Shown here: positions 40,744 to 54,100 of the stretch, piece after piece
How the letters are laid out: each line of letters begins with the position of its first letter
Numbering within the stretch: the stretch's first letter is position 1
From: Ascidiella aspersa
Taxonomy: Eukaryota
Reading direction: 5' to 3'
NCBI GenBank assembly: GCA_963924565.1
Contig: OZ004613.1
Coordinates: 20,274,001 to 20,338,000, forward strand
DNA length: 64,000 nt
Notes under the pieces: generated by a model
What the model was told of the DNA's origin: nothing
Databases searched by the model: none
What the model saw: the letters and a program-made list of their open reading frames with translations, nothing else
Made by a program: the position numbers and the translations under genes

Positions 40744-42847
40744 TAGGGATGTTCAGATTTAACTTTTTTTTGAAAATTTATGCTTCCTGCTTGAATTCCC
40801 ATTATGTGTCACATAAAAATCAGTTTCACAAGTTTTCAAAACAATTGGACAACATTTAGGGGCTCCGCAGGAATTATTTAAAACCTGTTCATGATCGCCT
40901 GTGATCTTCAACAGCCTGTAGCAAGCTTGCACGTTGCTGAGGATTGTCATTTAACATAGCAGCATATTCATCGATTAATGTTTTTAACAAACACATGGTC
41001 AGCATAATCATGGAACTTGTCCATAATCGCAGCTTTGTTTTAAGACAAACAACGGCGGCTCCATCAAAGCAGGTTATGTCGCCTTAGAAACGGCATGCTT
41101 CAGGGATTAGTTCTGGCTCCTTTGCTGTTTAAAGTTTATTACAGTGATCTGCCCGCCACAGTCTCCTAGCATACGTTGATGACTGGCGTTCTTGCATGCT
41201 GAAGGGAATTGGCGCAGTGTTGAGAGGACTCTTAGTCCACCTCAATAACAAGGAAATTAAACGTGTGTTGTCCGTCAAATGGATGAACTTTGGATTTCCA
41301 CGTCTACATACCTCGCATTGCATCTGGCAGGACACTCACATTCCGACCCTGGCAGGCATCTAGCCCGCTGAGCTTCGCCCCAGAGGAGCCACAATACCAA
41401 AGGCTACTATCCTCGAGATGCCCCTTTGTACCAGATGTACTCAAATCACTGCAGAAATGTGAAAGCTCTGGTATAGGTGAATGGATGGCCAGCAAATGGA
41501 ACGAGGGGGAAGATTACCCCTCTCCCACCACTATTGCCCCACCACCTCCAATAAGCCTTAGGGTTTTGGCCTGTCTATTCGAGCCTGGACTCGCCTTAAC
41601 AGGCTGAGAAGAACAGGGGTCGGGTGTACCAGGTCTTCAATGAATAAATGTGGCTTCTGTGACTGTGGTTTGGAGGAACAGACTGCAGATCACATAGTCT
41701 CACGGTGCTGATATATCGCCAACCAAGTGGGACAAATGGTCTGACACTCTTGGACGATGAGACTATCCGCTGGCATCTCGACTTCTGCCCGGACATTTGA
41801 ACTGGAATAATAAGATCGTCCATACGAAAGAAGAAGACGATCAAGCAGGTGTAACACACAGTACAAGGTGGATGGGACAAGTTTTCTATGGCCAAAAATG
41901 TTTATGTGGTCTGAACAGTTGGGTAATGATGCTATTTTTCTAGACAAACTTGTCACATTTTCCTTGTTTAGTAATCACCCACAAATGACCAAGGACACAA
42001 AGGCAGCAATTGCCCGACAACTTCTTGCAACTGCAAAACCTGAAGATTTTCGCATCATAAAATCAACACTTTAGAGGATTTGATTGGCACAGATTCCTGG
42101 TTTATTTTTACGCTACTCAATCAGATATGTGATTGGCTGACGCATTCTCCCGATTCATGGTGCCCATAATGGGTACAACTAGTTAAAGTCTTCATGTACT
42201 GTTAAAGTTGTGAATGATGCCGCAGAAAGGGGGGTTAAAAGTAAACACAGATTGTGCTGCTATATTAACCGACAATCCACAGCAACAAACAATTTGTTGC
42301 AAGCTGTTGAAGATCCAGGCGATCATACCCAGATTTTCTAAAAAAAAAACTTTGCTAAAAAGTAAAAAAAGCTATTATTCATTGATGTTCTTTTTACATT
42401 TTTTAACTATGACATTGGTATACTTTTGCTATACTCCTTCTTTATCCACTGTTGATTAAAATACTTTGCTTTTCACAATATACAATTTGTTTTATTGTAC
42501 ATATGTGATAAATTGAATGTCAGCTCCAAAAATGGGGTAAAGTGGGGGCTTTAACAATACATTTTAAGTTAATAAAACTGGAAAATAAATTAGTAATGCT
42601 TTCTTGCCATTGTTTAATATAAAAATTACAAGGTTTCTGTGTGTTTTAAGAAAAACGTACAGTATCGTGTTATGGGAAGTCCCAGATTTTAGCAATTTCA
42701 GTGTGATAACTTTGAGGTGTCTGCGGAGCCCCTAAATGTTGTCCAATTGTTTTGAAAACTTACGAAACTCATTTTTATGTGACACATAATGGGAAATCAA
42801 GCAGGAAGCATAAATTTTCAAAAAAAAGTTAAATCTGAACAACCCTA
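40744..42847 (+). mobile_element. Defective hAT-superfamily (hATm-like) DNA transposon
   Basis: ~125-bp TIRs (40744-40870 vs 42721-42847) with TAGGG...CCCTA termini; perfect 8-bp TSD GTGGTCGT (40736-40743, 42848-42855); frameshifted transposase C-terminus KVVNDAAERGVK...ILTDNPQQQ..LLQAVE at ~42200-42350. Confidence 0.9.
41040..41840 (+). mobile_element. Internally deleted non-LTR retrotransposon fragment (Ingi/Vingi-like) nested in the hAT element
   Basis: RT motif remnants NGMLQGLVLAPLLF..Y.SDLP...AYVDD; CDCGLEEQTADHIV; 3' end catacgaaagaagaag. Same family type as 12995-13732. Confidence 0.8.
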
Positions 42848-43639
42848 GTGGTCGTTATAAGCATGTGCCATTACTAATATGTGCCGACTTTCTTGGTGAG
42901 AAAAGTTTTGGCCGAAGTATAATCTATCAAAACAAGAAATAAAAACAACAGTTATTTGCAAAAAAATGTAGAATTCAATGGTGAACGTATACCGTACTTT
43001 TTATTTATAGATACAAGTAGCTCTTCTGGTGTAAATGAAGTATCTCATCAGGGTTAATAATTAAAACGGATGCCTTAGCCAGTATGTATACCAAAGAGTA
43101 AAAATCAAAAGACTGTAGAACGGTTATTACCCATACTAAGATAAATGATTACTTATTTCAATCAATTTGAAGTCCCTAACAGAGGTGTATTCAAACAATG
43201 TTTTGTGGGTCGATGAGTTATATTGAACCCCAATGTGTCGATTGCTGAATTTCCATCTTACTTTGGTTACTTAAGAGGTTCAATACAGGCTGTTAAGAGC
43301 CTAATTCCAAGTTCAATGAAATCGCTAAGTTGGCCTAAGTAAAAAAGGTTAATAAGAAATAAGATCAAAACTTCGAGAATAAACAAACATTCTAACCAAA
43401 AACCCAAACAAAGGCAACAGTTCAGTGACAAAATAGTGACTCGCAAACGACGTAACCAAAACGGATGACGACAAGATGGGGCTTCAAATCGTCATTTCAC
43501 CTTCCTCAAATTTAACATTTTTAAGCCATTTAGATATTATGACGATATGTTTGTGGCTTATTCTGACAGGCTTTAACTTATATATTACTGTGATTTGTTG
43601 TTAATAACTTTTTACAATAGTTTGCGATATTTCTGTGTA

Positions 43640-43847
43640 GATTATTACGAGGTGCATGTTAAAAGTGAATATAACTTACTCAATAGTTTTCGTGGAAATT
43701 TTACACAAGGGTATCTATAAATTTCCTTTCAATAAATATTCTGCCTCCTCGAACGACTCTAAATTGTTTACCTTTTCTGCATCACGAGAAAAATCCTTCT
43801 CCAACAAAAAAACAATTTGAACAGCTGCACCAGCGTTATATAAGTGA
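43640..43847 (+). promoter_or_regulatory. Displaced promoter of copy B
   Basis: acagctgcaccagcgTTATATAAG (TATA 43837-43843) matches the copy D promoter and is followed within 4 nt by the Helitron. Confidence 0.7.
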
Positions 43848-46701
43848 CTATAGACGAAATACCCGACGTTGCCCAGGTTAAATAGAATATTTACCAGTTA
43901 TTTTAACTGGTTCAAAGTTAATTACACCACAACTATCGCCATAATGTACGAAGTCTACCTGAATTTTGTCTGGTTAAACAAAATGAAACAATCCAACATA
44001 CTGTGGGCTCATTATCACAATTGTACGTTACGTTGTTACATGTCAAATTGCTGGCCTCATGTTATTTACCATGAACATTTTTTTAATGTCTAACAAATTT
44101 GCTTATGCCTAAACGTTTGCACTGCGTGTCACTAAATAGAAGTTTCAAATCATGTCATGTGTTTCAAATCATGTCATGTCATGTGTTTCAAATCATGTCA
44201 TATCGTGTGTCTAAAAAAAACGTTAACCTAATGCTTCCCCACAATCAGAGTAACACCCCACAGCCTGTGTGAAAGCGGCATTAATGGAATGTCGTGTTTA
44301 ATTATGTGACTTATCTGCGTGGCTCTAAAGATCTAATTCTTGGTCTCCGTAAATTGCCATTAAATTTTGCATTTGGTTAAAACAGTGTAAAACTAACGTA
44401 TAAAAAGCAGTTTTGTGTCAGAAATGAGTCGCTAAAGGTAGGGCGCGAACGCGCTCTGACGATTTAATCACTAATCACGTGTTACCAGCATTGTATAATC
44501 TTCTTCCTGAAGCCACTATATGTTGTAGCCGATAATTTAAAAAATACATTTAACATCAAAACAAATTACAACGTTGTGTGTTTTTTAAAATGAAGCTACT
44601 AAGCACACAACTTTGGCTAAAGACGTCCCGCATATTTTACGTAACGAAAACCCGTGACATATGTCGATCAAAAATTACCAACAAACATGAAAAAGTCGTA
44701 ACACCAATTGTTCAAATCGCGCGAAATTCAAGCAAATACGTAATCCCGGTAGGTAGCATATTGCATCCAACGAAAATAAATCCCGTTTGAAAAGAAAATT
44801 TGCTTGCTGTTCAAACCGCTGTAATAAACGACATATTTTGCAAACTCAGTCCATATGTTGCGTAGAATATACTCGGTTAGGGTTGCTGTGCGTTGTCTGT
44901 GTGAGCGTCCTAATGCCTCATAAATGTTAAGGAAACCGCTGCAATAAACGTAATATTTTACGCAACAAACACCCGTGACATATGTTGATCGAAAATCACT
45001 AACAAACGTAAAAAAGTCGTATCAGCAATTGTTTAAAATGCGCGAAATTTAAGAAAATACGTAATCCCGGTAGGTACCATGCATCCAACGAAAGAAAATC
45101 CCGTTTGAAAAGACAATTTGCTTAGTGTTCAAACCGCTGCACACGATATTTTGCAAACTTAGGCCAAATGTTGCGTAGTTTATATTCGGTTTGGTTAGGG
45201 TTGCTGTACGTGTCTGTGTAAGTGTCTTAATACCTCATGAAAGAATCCTAAAAACGCAATATTTTGCGAACTCTGCCAAGAAATGCGTGGATAAACACAT
45301 TGTAAGAAGCCATTAGGGTTAGGCCTCAATCACTGTCACAATATTGTTGGTAAGGTTTGTTGTCGATATCCGTGTAGGTTTCCTGATGTTTATTCAAAGT
45401 ATGTTTATAAAAGTGAAGAATGGTAAACCTTTGCACTAAACGCCTGATTAAGCTGCGTCCAACGTCAGAAAAACCCGTAACTCTTGCTTTTTACGTAATC
45501 CCGGTACCATACTTCTTCCAACGTATAAGTAAATTCTCGCTTGAAACTGAAAATTGGCTACTATTTAACCGCTGCAAGGACTAAATAGCCAACGGCTAAG
45601 CACGTCAAACATCTTTTAAGTTAAATACATTAAAATTTAGTTTTGATTAGGGCAATATACTTATATTGATTTTTTATGAAACGCAGGTAATTGCGACCAA
45701 AAATAAAGTTTTGCGCGGTTACGTTCTAAATTTTACGCGGTAACAGAAATCAATAAGTTCCTAAACTTAATAGTCTTTAGCTGGAAACATGTAACCTTAC
45801 TTTGTTAAGGAAATATACTTACGTTGATTTTTTTATGTCCAGGAAGATAATTGCGCTACTTAATTTGATTTTTTATGTACAGGCAGGTAATTGCGCTTTT
45901 TACGTAATCCCGGTACCATACTTCTTATTTGAACGTAAGTAAAATCTCGCTTGAAACTGAAAATTGGCTACTATTAAAACCGCTGCAAGGACCAAATACA
46001 CAACGGCTAAGCACGTCAAACATATTTTAGGTTTAAAACAATAAAACATATTTTTGTAGGGGCAATATACCTAATTTGATTTTTGATGTCAACGCAGGTT
46101 ATTGCGCTTGAACAAAGGGTGTTGCGCGGTTACGTTATGAGGTTTTCCTAAACATAATATTCTTTAGTTGTTAACGTTAAAATTTTACTTTATTAAGGAA
46201 AAATACTTAATTTTATTTTTTTATTTCCAGGAAGATAATTGGGCTTGAAAAAAGTTTTGCACGGATACGTTAAATAGTTTTATTAAACCAATATACTTAA
46301 TTTGATTTTTATGTCCAGACAGGTAAATGCACTTGAAAAAAAGTTTTGCGCGGATATGTAAAACTTGGACTATCTTTTACGTACTGCGACAACAAACGCG
46401 ATATTTTGCAAACTCTGCCTAAATTTGGCACTGTTGAACTTAAGTCTTTACTTGGATAGTTGCATACGTTTGTTAACATAAATATTAACATGTGTTATGT
46501 CGCTCGCGCGCCCTGGGAGAGGCAAGCACACGGCGGGGAGTCGCCGCTCCTTTTGTTAGCCGACGACCCCTTGCAATGCCAGCGACTGTAGTCGATGACG
46601 GCGTTTGCTCTGCCAGCGACGGTTAGTCAACGGACCGGGCGAACATCTTGCCACACACACACACACACACATCTCACAAATCTTTTCTTTTATTATGTAG
46701 A
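43848..46701 (-). mobile_element. Non-autonomous Helitron (2854 bp)
   Basis: On the minus strand: A|TCTACATAATAAAAG...(GT)n at the 5' end and a hairpin cctgggcaacgtcggg...ctatag|T at the 3' end. Inserted at A|T without TSD; removing it restores the TATA-to-exon-1 sequence seen in copy D. Internal direct repeats (~44600-45240, ~45485-46250). Confidence 0.82.
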
Positions 46702-46908
46702 TGCATAACGATAATCTGGCACTATTGACTTGCAATAGCACATCAAGTTAAGTTAGATGAGTGACTTCGTGAGAGTTGACAAAGTCGTTGTCACTTTTAT
46801 TTATACTGGTAATTAGGTTTCTGTTAAATCTAACAAATGACCAGTATTGTTGGTTTTTCAATTCAAAAACCTGAAACCCATTTTGTAAGTTTAGAATCTA
46901 AACTTTAG

Positions 46909-47316
46909 ATGGACAAACTCCGCCTATTTCTGCTATTGGTGTTGGTTGTCAACGCCGTAACTGTTGACGCGTGGTGGCACTATTGGTATACCCGAAGAAG
47001 GAGACGCTGGGATGGTGAAAGTTAGTCGTATTTTTGTTTATGATAACAACAGACGTTTCGTAATGTTATAATTGTTATTTTAGTTCAAACACATCCCAAG
47101 TTGTCCTGGTTGCATGTTAATGAAAAGTTACTTAAGTTTATCCAATTAAAATATGGTAATTTTTTTGCGTTTAAAAATATTTTAACAGTTCATAAAAATA
47201 TGTCCAAAGAGGATGCTCAAATAGAGAACTTTCTAGATACGGAAGAAGACTTGCTGCCAGATGAGGCACAAGAACTTATTGAAATGTTCAACGAGGTGGA
47301 TCAACAGCATCACTAA
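46909..47316 (+). CDS. Secreted Trp/Arg/Tyr-rich peptide precursor, copy B (putative antimicrobial peptide, 79 aa); coding exons 46909-47020 and 47189-47316
   Basis: MDKLRLFLLLVLVVNAVTVDA-WWHYWYTRRRRRW-DGEIHKNMSKEDAQIENFLDTEEDLLPDEAQELIEMFNEVDQQHH*. ORF and coding splice sites are intact; AATAAA 47346-47351; promoter interrupted. Confidence 0.82.
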
Positions 47317-50300
47317 GTTGATATTTGATACATACTGCAAAGTATAATAAAATTTAAAAGCAATGGCGTTTCTTTGTGTTGCATAAACTTTCAAGAAACT
47401 CAAATTTTAAACTAATCGGTTTATTGAACCTCATTGCGTTAAACGTTAAACAAAATATGTTGTCATTGTTCTAGACTCCCTCCGGGACAGTCACGTTTGG
47501 TTTAATCACATATGACTATCGAGCAGGGGTGAAAGTAGAATATTTTTGCCAAAACTAAAAAGATGAGATGACGTCACACAATTAGGTTATGACGGGAAAT
47601 TTAAACAAACAGCCTATATATAGAAAGCTTATCGTTCGACTTAGTACACAAACATAAACATGCAACTGGAATCTAGTTTTTCAAGACTATAACGGGATAA
47701 CCTAATGGCAAAGTGATTAGACCAAGTAAAAATAAATTTTTTTACCGGTACTGCGTACCTGCAAAAATTATTTCTTAGAAATCCTTTCGGACGGCAAATC
47801 TTTTACCGTTCCGGACCGTCCCGCTTACTTTTACCACTGCTAAAGAGTCGACCCTCAACCCAACGTTTTAAGGTCGTGTCATATAAAAAAAAATATTGCT
47901 TTGTTTTACTTTGAACATAAAAAGCGCCCAGGATATTATATATCAATAGAAAAAGGTCAAAGTGGTAGAGATATTCTTCTGCGGGCAAAACTTGTGCAAA
48001 AAACGATAATGTGCTCGATATCAAATAGTTGTTACAAAAGTCTGGCATACTATTAAAACATTTTTTTCATGTAATGTAAATGAGAAATATAATTAGCCTA
48101 TAATATTAATTATCATCAATATATGTTTGCAAACCATAAGGCATTGTCGTTATTTGCATCGGCGAATCTATATTTTTTTATAAACACTTAATTTGTTATT
48201 AAGCCCCGCAGCTGCGATTAACATGACAGAATTAGACGGGGTTGCGGTTGTTGTATATAGGCAGGGGTATATTTTCAGAGGGTGGCTTTCATGGGTGGTT
48301 TGGAAGTGCCAGTGGGCTGTTGTGAATAGCGTTACTTTAAACATTATTTAATTTAGCTTTTTAGTAGTATATACCTTGCGTGTTCTATAGTTTTCTTAAC
48401 TTGTTTCTGTAAGCAAAAACCGATATGGGCCGAAAACTTCCCGCCTTAACTGATGGATTAGGTGCGAAAGGGGTAGTTGCCAGGGATTTATTTTCTTAAA
48501 CGTTAATTTGGTAAAGGCTATGTAAAATTAATTTCTTAGGATCATTTTGCAATTAAAATATTCACTAATATATTTTGATTTTTACCGACTTCAAACAAAA
48601 ACCCCATTCCCAGAGCAGTAACAAACTGGCACTTGACGGAAGTGGTGTATCCAGGGTGGTTTTATGTGTTTGGGCCACGCGTCCTAAGCTAATGCGAAAG
48701 CGAAATCAAACGCAAAACACCGTTTTTCGTCTTTTGTTTGCACAAGGGTCGACCATCGCAGGATATTTCCGCTGTTTTGCCTTTTGTTATTCGTACAGGT
48801 TGGCTGATTTGCAAGTCCAGCTTTCTTCCTTTTTCTAAAAACGTCAGAGTTAGGCGCATTTAAAATTCCTCGCTGTTCACTGTCAGCGCAAATATTCGGT
48901 GCAATGGCATTTTTTTAACTAAAGCAGATTTTGTCAAAAGGTGGTCTAACTATGACTATCGTTCGCGCTTCAAAGTCGGGAGTTCTATTTAGTGATAGTT
49001 AACGCAAAATTATTAGCTTTAAGCATAGTATAAGACCACGTGTTTAGTGTGCAATTGACACAACTTATTTTCCCTCAACCGGACACAATATTCTGGCGAC
49101 ACAGTTCATAAACGCTCATATAAATAAAGTTTTTCGCAATGCTTCCCTGCGTTCCACGATGGATGAAACTTTATTACACCTTGCCTCTTTATTTATTACA
49201 GCGACACTAAATTCAATTACCACGAGATAATTGCGGATTTCGAAAAATAAATTTGATAAATAGATTTTATGCATATGTTATTACTGCGTCGTATTACATA
49301 AATGTATAGATTTTATTTATTGTATTATTTACGTTTCTTCCAATCGTTTTTGATTTACGTTGAAGAGCCTTACAAAATAACTTGACGTCACACTATTTAA
49401 AGGGAAAAAAATAAGACCCTTATAATTTTGAACCTATAAACCCAATTTGTATAATAGACCTAAATGTTCAACATGAAAGCAAAACATGTTAAATTTCAAA
49501 GTTTAGCTTTATAAGAACCAGCTTATAAACTTCATAACTATTTCTGTAGCCACTATTAACTATATAAATGCAAAATATTTTTCGTGAAATATATTTTAGG
49601 CGCAAAACACAAAAAACACAAAATGTTAACTAATAATTGTGTTATTAACATGTTAGAAATGTGGATCAGGCAGGCCTCGGATCGTTTTCGCACTTAAAAA
49701 CGTGTTTAATTACATTTAAGGAGGCAGTAAAGTGTTGACGCAAAGCGCGAAAAAAAGCGTTTGTTTGGTTTAAAATTAGAGTTCACACGTCGTCATCCGT
49801 GCAACGAATGAAAAGTCCAATAAAACTACTTGGATGGAACGCGATAACACTTTATCTATAGCCCAGTGTTTGTTAACCTTTTGGGTCAAAGTAGATCTGG
49901 CGAGCGAAGCGAACGCGATTTTTTTGTTGTATACGGGCATTTCTTTTAAATTTCTTGCAAGTTTTCATACATTGCCGAAAATGAAAAATAAATAAATGTT
50001 AAAAAATATATGTCCAATATTTTAGAATAAGTATGTTTTCCGTTTTTCCGCGACGCACTTGGCAACCTTCCACGGCGCAACGGTAATAAAGAGCTAATCT
50101 AGTTCAAAAGACAGCATCAAAACGTAAACAAACCGGACGCAGAATGGTCATTCGCGCGAAGCGCGAAAATTTTTCGTTCTTACGTAGTTAAAATAGTCAA
50201 AAAGTATGTGAAATAGACTCGTTTCTAATTTATCAAAGAGGCGGCGGGCCGGATCAATTTCATCGGCGGGCCGACCCCTGATATAAACAATAAAAAAAAA

Positions 50301-51293
50301 CATTAACCTATGCTGCTTGTTTTCGCACTGTCTCGCGTGAAAACAGTAAGTCCCTTTATAAAAAATAAACGTTGTTGTGTAATTTCAAGCACGTAAAAGC
50401 TTCCAGTTCACATTAAGCGTATTCAATTCATTTTGTTTAGTATCGAAAAAGTTTAATGAAAAAAAAAGTTGTTATCGAAAAAGTTTGATGCCACGAATGT
50501 TGGGCTTAATCGAGATTTGGGCTTTATGTCGCATTACGCCATATAACACGCTTCACTACACCCAGCGCACTTTTAAGCGCAGACCTCGAGTAATTAGTGT
50601 TTGTTTTTTTGGTCAGTTGCACACGTCTTTGCGATCATGTGCCTGTGGATATAATATACGTCACCACTCTTATCGCATTTTATTCACGCGTGTGTGTACG
50701 CTACAATAAACAGAAATCAGTTTAGGTCACTCGGTGTCTGCGTTTTGACCGCCCTGTTCGACAAGGCCATCAGTTTCACAATAATGCAGCCAACCAAAAA
50801 ACATTCATGCTTGCAACAGAGCAGTAGAAACTTCCCTAGACTGCGCCCCACTGTGACATAAAGGATGAACGACGCTGATAAATAATATTTTTGTTTTAAA
50901 ACTGATTTTCTTAAACTCCTATGAACATAATATTATTTTTACTTTAAAATATCTATTTCCACTTAAACATTTAAACCAGAATTGGCAAGTTTGTTACAGA
51001 GGGCGGCATGAGATACAATGTTTTTGGTAAAACGTTATGTAACCGCGCAAAAAATCCTTTAAACCGAGCCAAATCATACTAGGTCTACAAGGTTATACAA
51101 GATTAGCTTTTAGTGTAGAATTCATAAAGCCGTTACATATAGCGTTTTAAGTTTGTCTATGTTAGCAACAAATGAGAACGAGCACCTAAGCACTTTCAGA
51201 GTGACGTAATACATTTCAAAAAAATAAGGTATACTTCGGTTTGCCTAATAAATTAATGATAAATAAAAAAACACAAATCTAACGACCTATAAC

Positions 51294-51488
51294 CACGGTT
51301 CTTAACAACTTATAACAGCGGTTATTAATAAAACTCTTCCTTCGCGCTTCGCGCGACCGACAGCAAACTTCACTATTTTCAAGTTGTCTTAGTAATATTT
51401 AATTGAAAATGCCGGTTTTCGTGCGGGGGCCCAAGGCATATGAATATTACGAAAGCGGGCGCGACTAAAAAAGGGTTAAGAACCAGTG
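51294..51488. mobile_element. Small hAT-type MITE
   Basis: Imperfect TIRs cacggttcttaac / gttaagaaccagtg. Confidence 0.45.
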
Positions 51489-52469
51489 GCTTATAAAAAT
51501 TGGACACTTTTCAAAATTGCTTATAACAGCCGATGGCAGAGAAGTTGTTTAGGTTTCGGACATTGACCTTCTTGCTTCTGGAGTTCCAATGAAAACGCAC
51601 TCCTTTAATGAAATCTCTTACGTTGCTTTTACAGTGCCCCTTTGTCGCGTATTAAGTCTGTACAACCAGGGTCGTTTTAACCAAGTCATTTTTAGGAAAT
51701 ATCGCTACCGCTAGATAGTAGTACAGAGCTAAGCGGTTGTTGTACAATTTGACATGGGTTGTTTTACAGAGCCTTATTTTCATGGGTGCATCAATATTTG
51801 CGTCATTATAAATAAGGTTATTTGCCAGGTTAATTCATGTATTATTACACATTACGCTTTACTTGGTTTTAGGGTATATATTAAGTGATATTTTCCTCTG
51901 ACTCGTTTGTGCAAGCAAAAAAATATGGGACAAGTTTCCAGCCTTCACTTATGACATAGATGCAACATTTATTTTAATTTTTTGTTATATCCTACTTAAA
52001 AAGTAAGCCTAATAATTTCTCGGCAGTATTTACTACCAACTCCATCCAAAAAACAATATCACAAATTTTTCTTATAATTCATTTAGCCTACATAAAGAAA
52101 TATTATAAAATTTATTGTTTTTTTGTTCACATCGACCAAAAAAAAAACATTTTAAAAAATATTCTTATAAATCAACTTTTTGTATTCAATTGCCATAAAA
52201 CCACACAATTTTTATTTGTTTTCACCTAAAAAACAAACAAGGAATTCGCAGTATCATATTTTGATGGTTTATTAGCTTTTAAAAAATAGCACAGTGGCAA
52301 ACACAGCAAAAGAAGTTAGATTACGATACATTACTACCGCTAAGTAGGGGTAGAGATCTTTAAATAACTTGACATCACATTATTTAACGGCGAAAATATA
52401 CGACCCACTCATAATTTTGAACTCGTAACACAATTATTATATTAAATATAAATTTTAAACATGAAAGCC

Positions 52470-52868
52470 GAATCTTCGTGCGAATGGTAACCTTGAATGT
52501 ACTAATTCCATTCCCAACAACATAGGAGTGTGAATCTGCATTTTCGGCACTACTTTTCATTAAGCCAAAGGCTAGAAACCGTTTGGATGCGATTCATGGA
52601 GGGTTGCGTTGTCCATAACGGAACCAAACATAGCCGAGCAGCGAGCTAATAGCAAAGAAGCAAGTGCATCCGCCCTATTGATACCACTAAAAACAACGTG
52701 TTATTTTGTGTTTATTTGTGTATATTTTTAAGTGGACCGTGAGCGTTTCTAGGGGACCGCTGCGTAATTTTTTTAAAAAAGTTTAAGAACCACATTGGTC
52801 TAAGGAGAATACAAAGCTTTGGCGTAATCTGTTTTCTTGCAATCATAGTGCACGTTTGGGGACCGCTG
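52470..52868 (+). mobile_element. hAT (Charlie/Buster-like) transposon 3' remnant
   Basis: Translation from 52493 is LNVLIPFPTT*ECESAFSALLFIKPKARNRLDA, a hAT C-terminal dimerisation motif with a stop; ends in TIR-like gtttggggaccgctg. Confidence 0.8.
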
Positions 52869-53341
52869 GGATAAAGTTTCAATGCGTATAGGCACCATAC
52901 CGCTTCCATACCGCCAAACCAGTTTTTTTTACTAGGTCCTTTTATTACCAGGCCATCCATTCATAGTCTCGAATTTATTTAAACCTAGATACCATTTGCA
53001 TGTTTGTGTACTACGTTAAACGATACTCTTATAGGCTTTCTATATGTAGGTTGCTTGTTTTAAACTCCCCCTAATAACGTAACTTTGTCATCTCAATTTT
53101 TTTATTGTTTTGATAAGAAAATTATTTTACTTTCACCCCTGCTCGATAGTCATATGCGATTAAACCAAACTTGACTGTCCCAGTTGGAATCTAGAACTTT
53201 GACAACGTATTAAGTTCAACGTTTAACGTTTAGTAAATCGCGGTGTGTAAAAACTGGGTACCTTGAAAGTTTATGCAACACAAAGAAAACGCCATTGCTT
53301 TCAAATTTTATTATACTTTGCAGTATATACCAAATATCAAC

Positions 53342-53747
53342 TTAGTGCTGTTGTTGATCCACCTCGTTGACCATTTCAACAAGTTCTTGTGCCTCCTCTG
53401 GCAGCAAGTCGTCTTTCATATCTAGAGACTTCTCTAATTGAGAATCATCTTCAGACATCTTTTCATTATCTGGCGAAACATTTTTTAAACGCAACAAATT
53501 ACCATATTTTAATTGGATAAACTTAAGTAAGTTTAAGCTAACATGCAACCAGAACAACCGTGAATGTTTTTGAACTATCAGACACAAAAATCGACTAACT
53601 TGCAACATCGTAGCGCCTTCTGCGATAGTAGTAGTAGTACCTTCTTCGGGAGTAGTACCTTCTTCTTCGAGAGTACCACCACCATGCGTCGACATTAACG
53701 GTGGAGATAGCCAACACTAATAGCAAAAGCAAGCAGAGTTTGTCCAT
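53342..53747 (-). CDS. Secreted Trp/Arg/Tyr-rich peptide precursor, copy C (putative antimicrobial peptide, 91 aa); coding exons 53747-53600 and 53469-53342
   Basis: MDKLCLLLLLVLAISTVNVDA-WWWYSRRRRYYSRRRYYYYYRRRRY-DVANNEKMSEDDSQLEKSLDMKDDLLPEEAQELVEMVNEVDQQQH*. 5'UTR intron 53890-53748; TATA 53940-53946; AATAAA 53307-53312. Confidence 0.9.
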
Positions 53748-53890
53748 CTAAAAATACAAAAAGGGTTTCAATTTTTTTTAAGCAACACTACTAGTCATCT
53801 GATATATTTAACACAAACTGATTAAAAGCACAAATAAAAGATGCAACAACTTCTGTTAACTCTGTGATTCACGTCACTCATCTAACTTAC

Positions 53891-54100
53891 CTTGAACTGC
53901 AGTTGCAAGTCCGTAGTGCAAGATCATAGCTATGCAACCTTATATAACGCTGGTGCAGCTGTTCAAATTTTAGGGTTCTCCCGTGACGCATAAAAGGTAA
54001 ACAATTTAGAGTCGTTGGACTTATCCATGGCGAGGAGGCAGAATATTTATTGAAAGGAAATTTAAAGTTACCCTTGTGATAAAATTTCCACGAAAACTAT
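53891..54100 (-). promoter_or_regulatory. Copy C promoter and non-coding exon 1
   Basis: CAGCTG plus TATATAA (53940-53946); donor AAG|gtaagt at 53891/53890. Confidence 0.7.
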
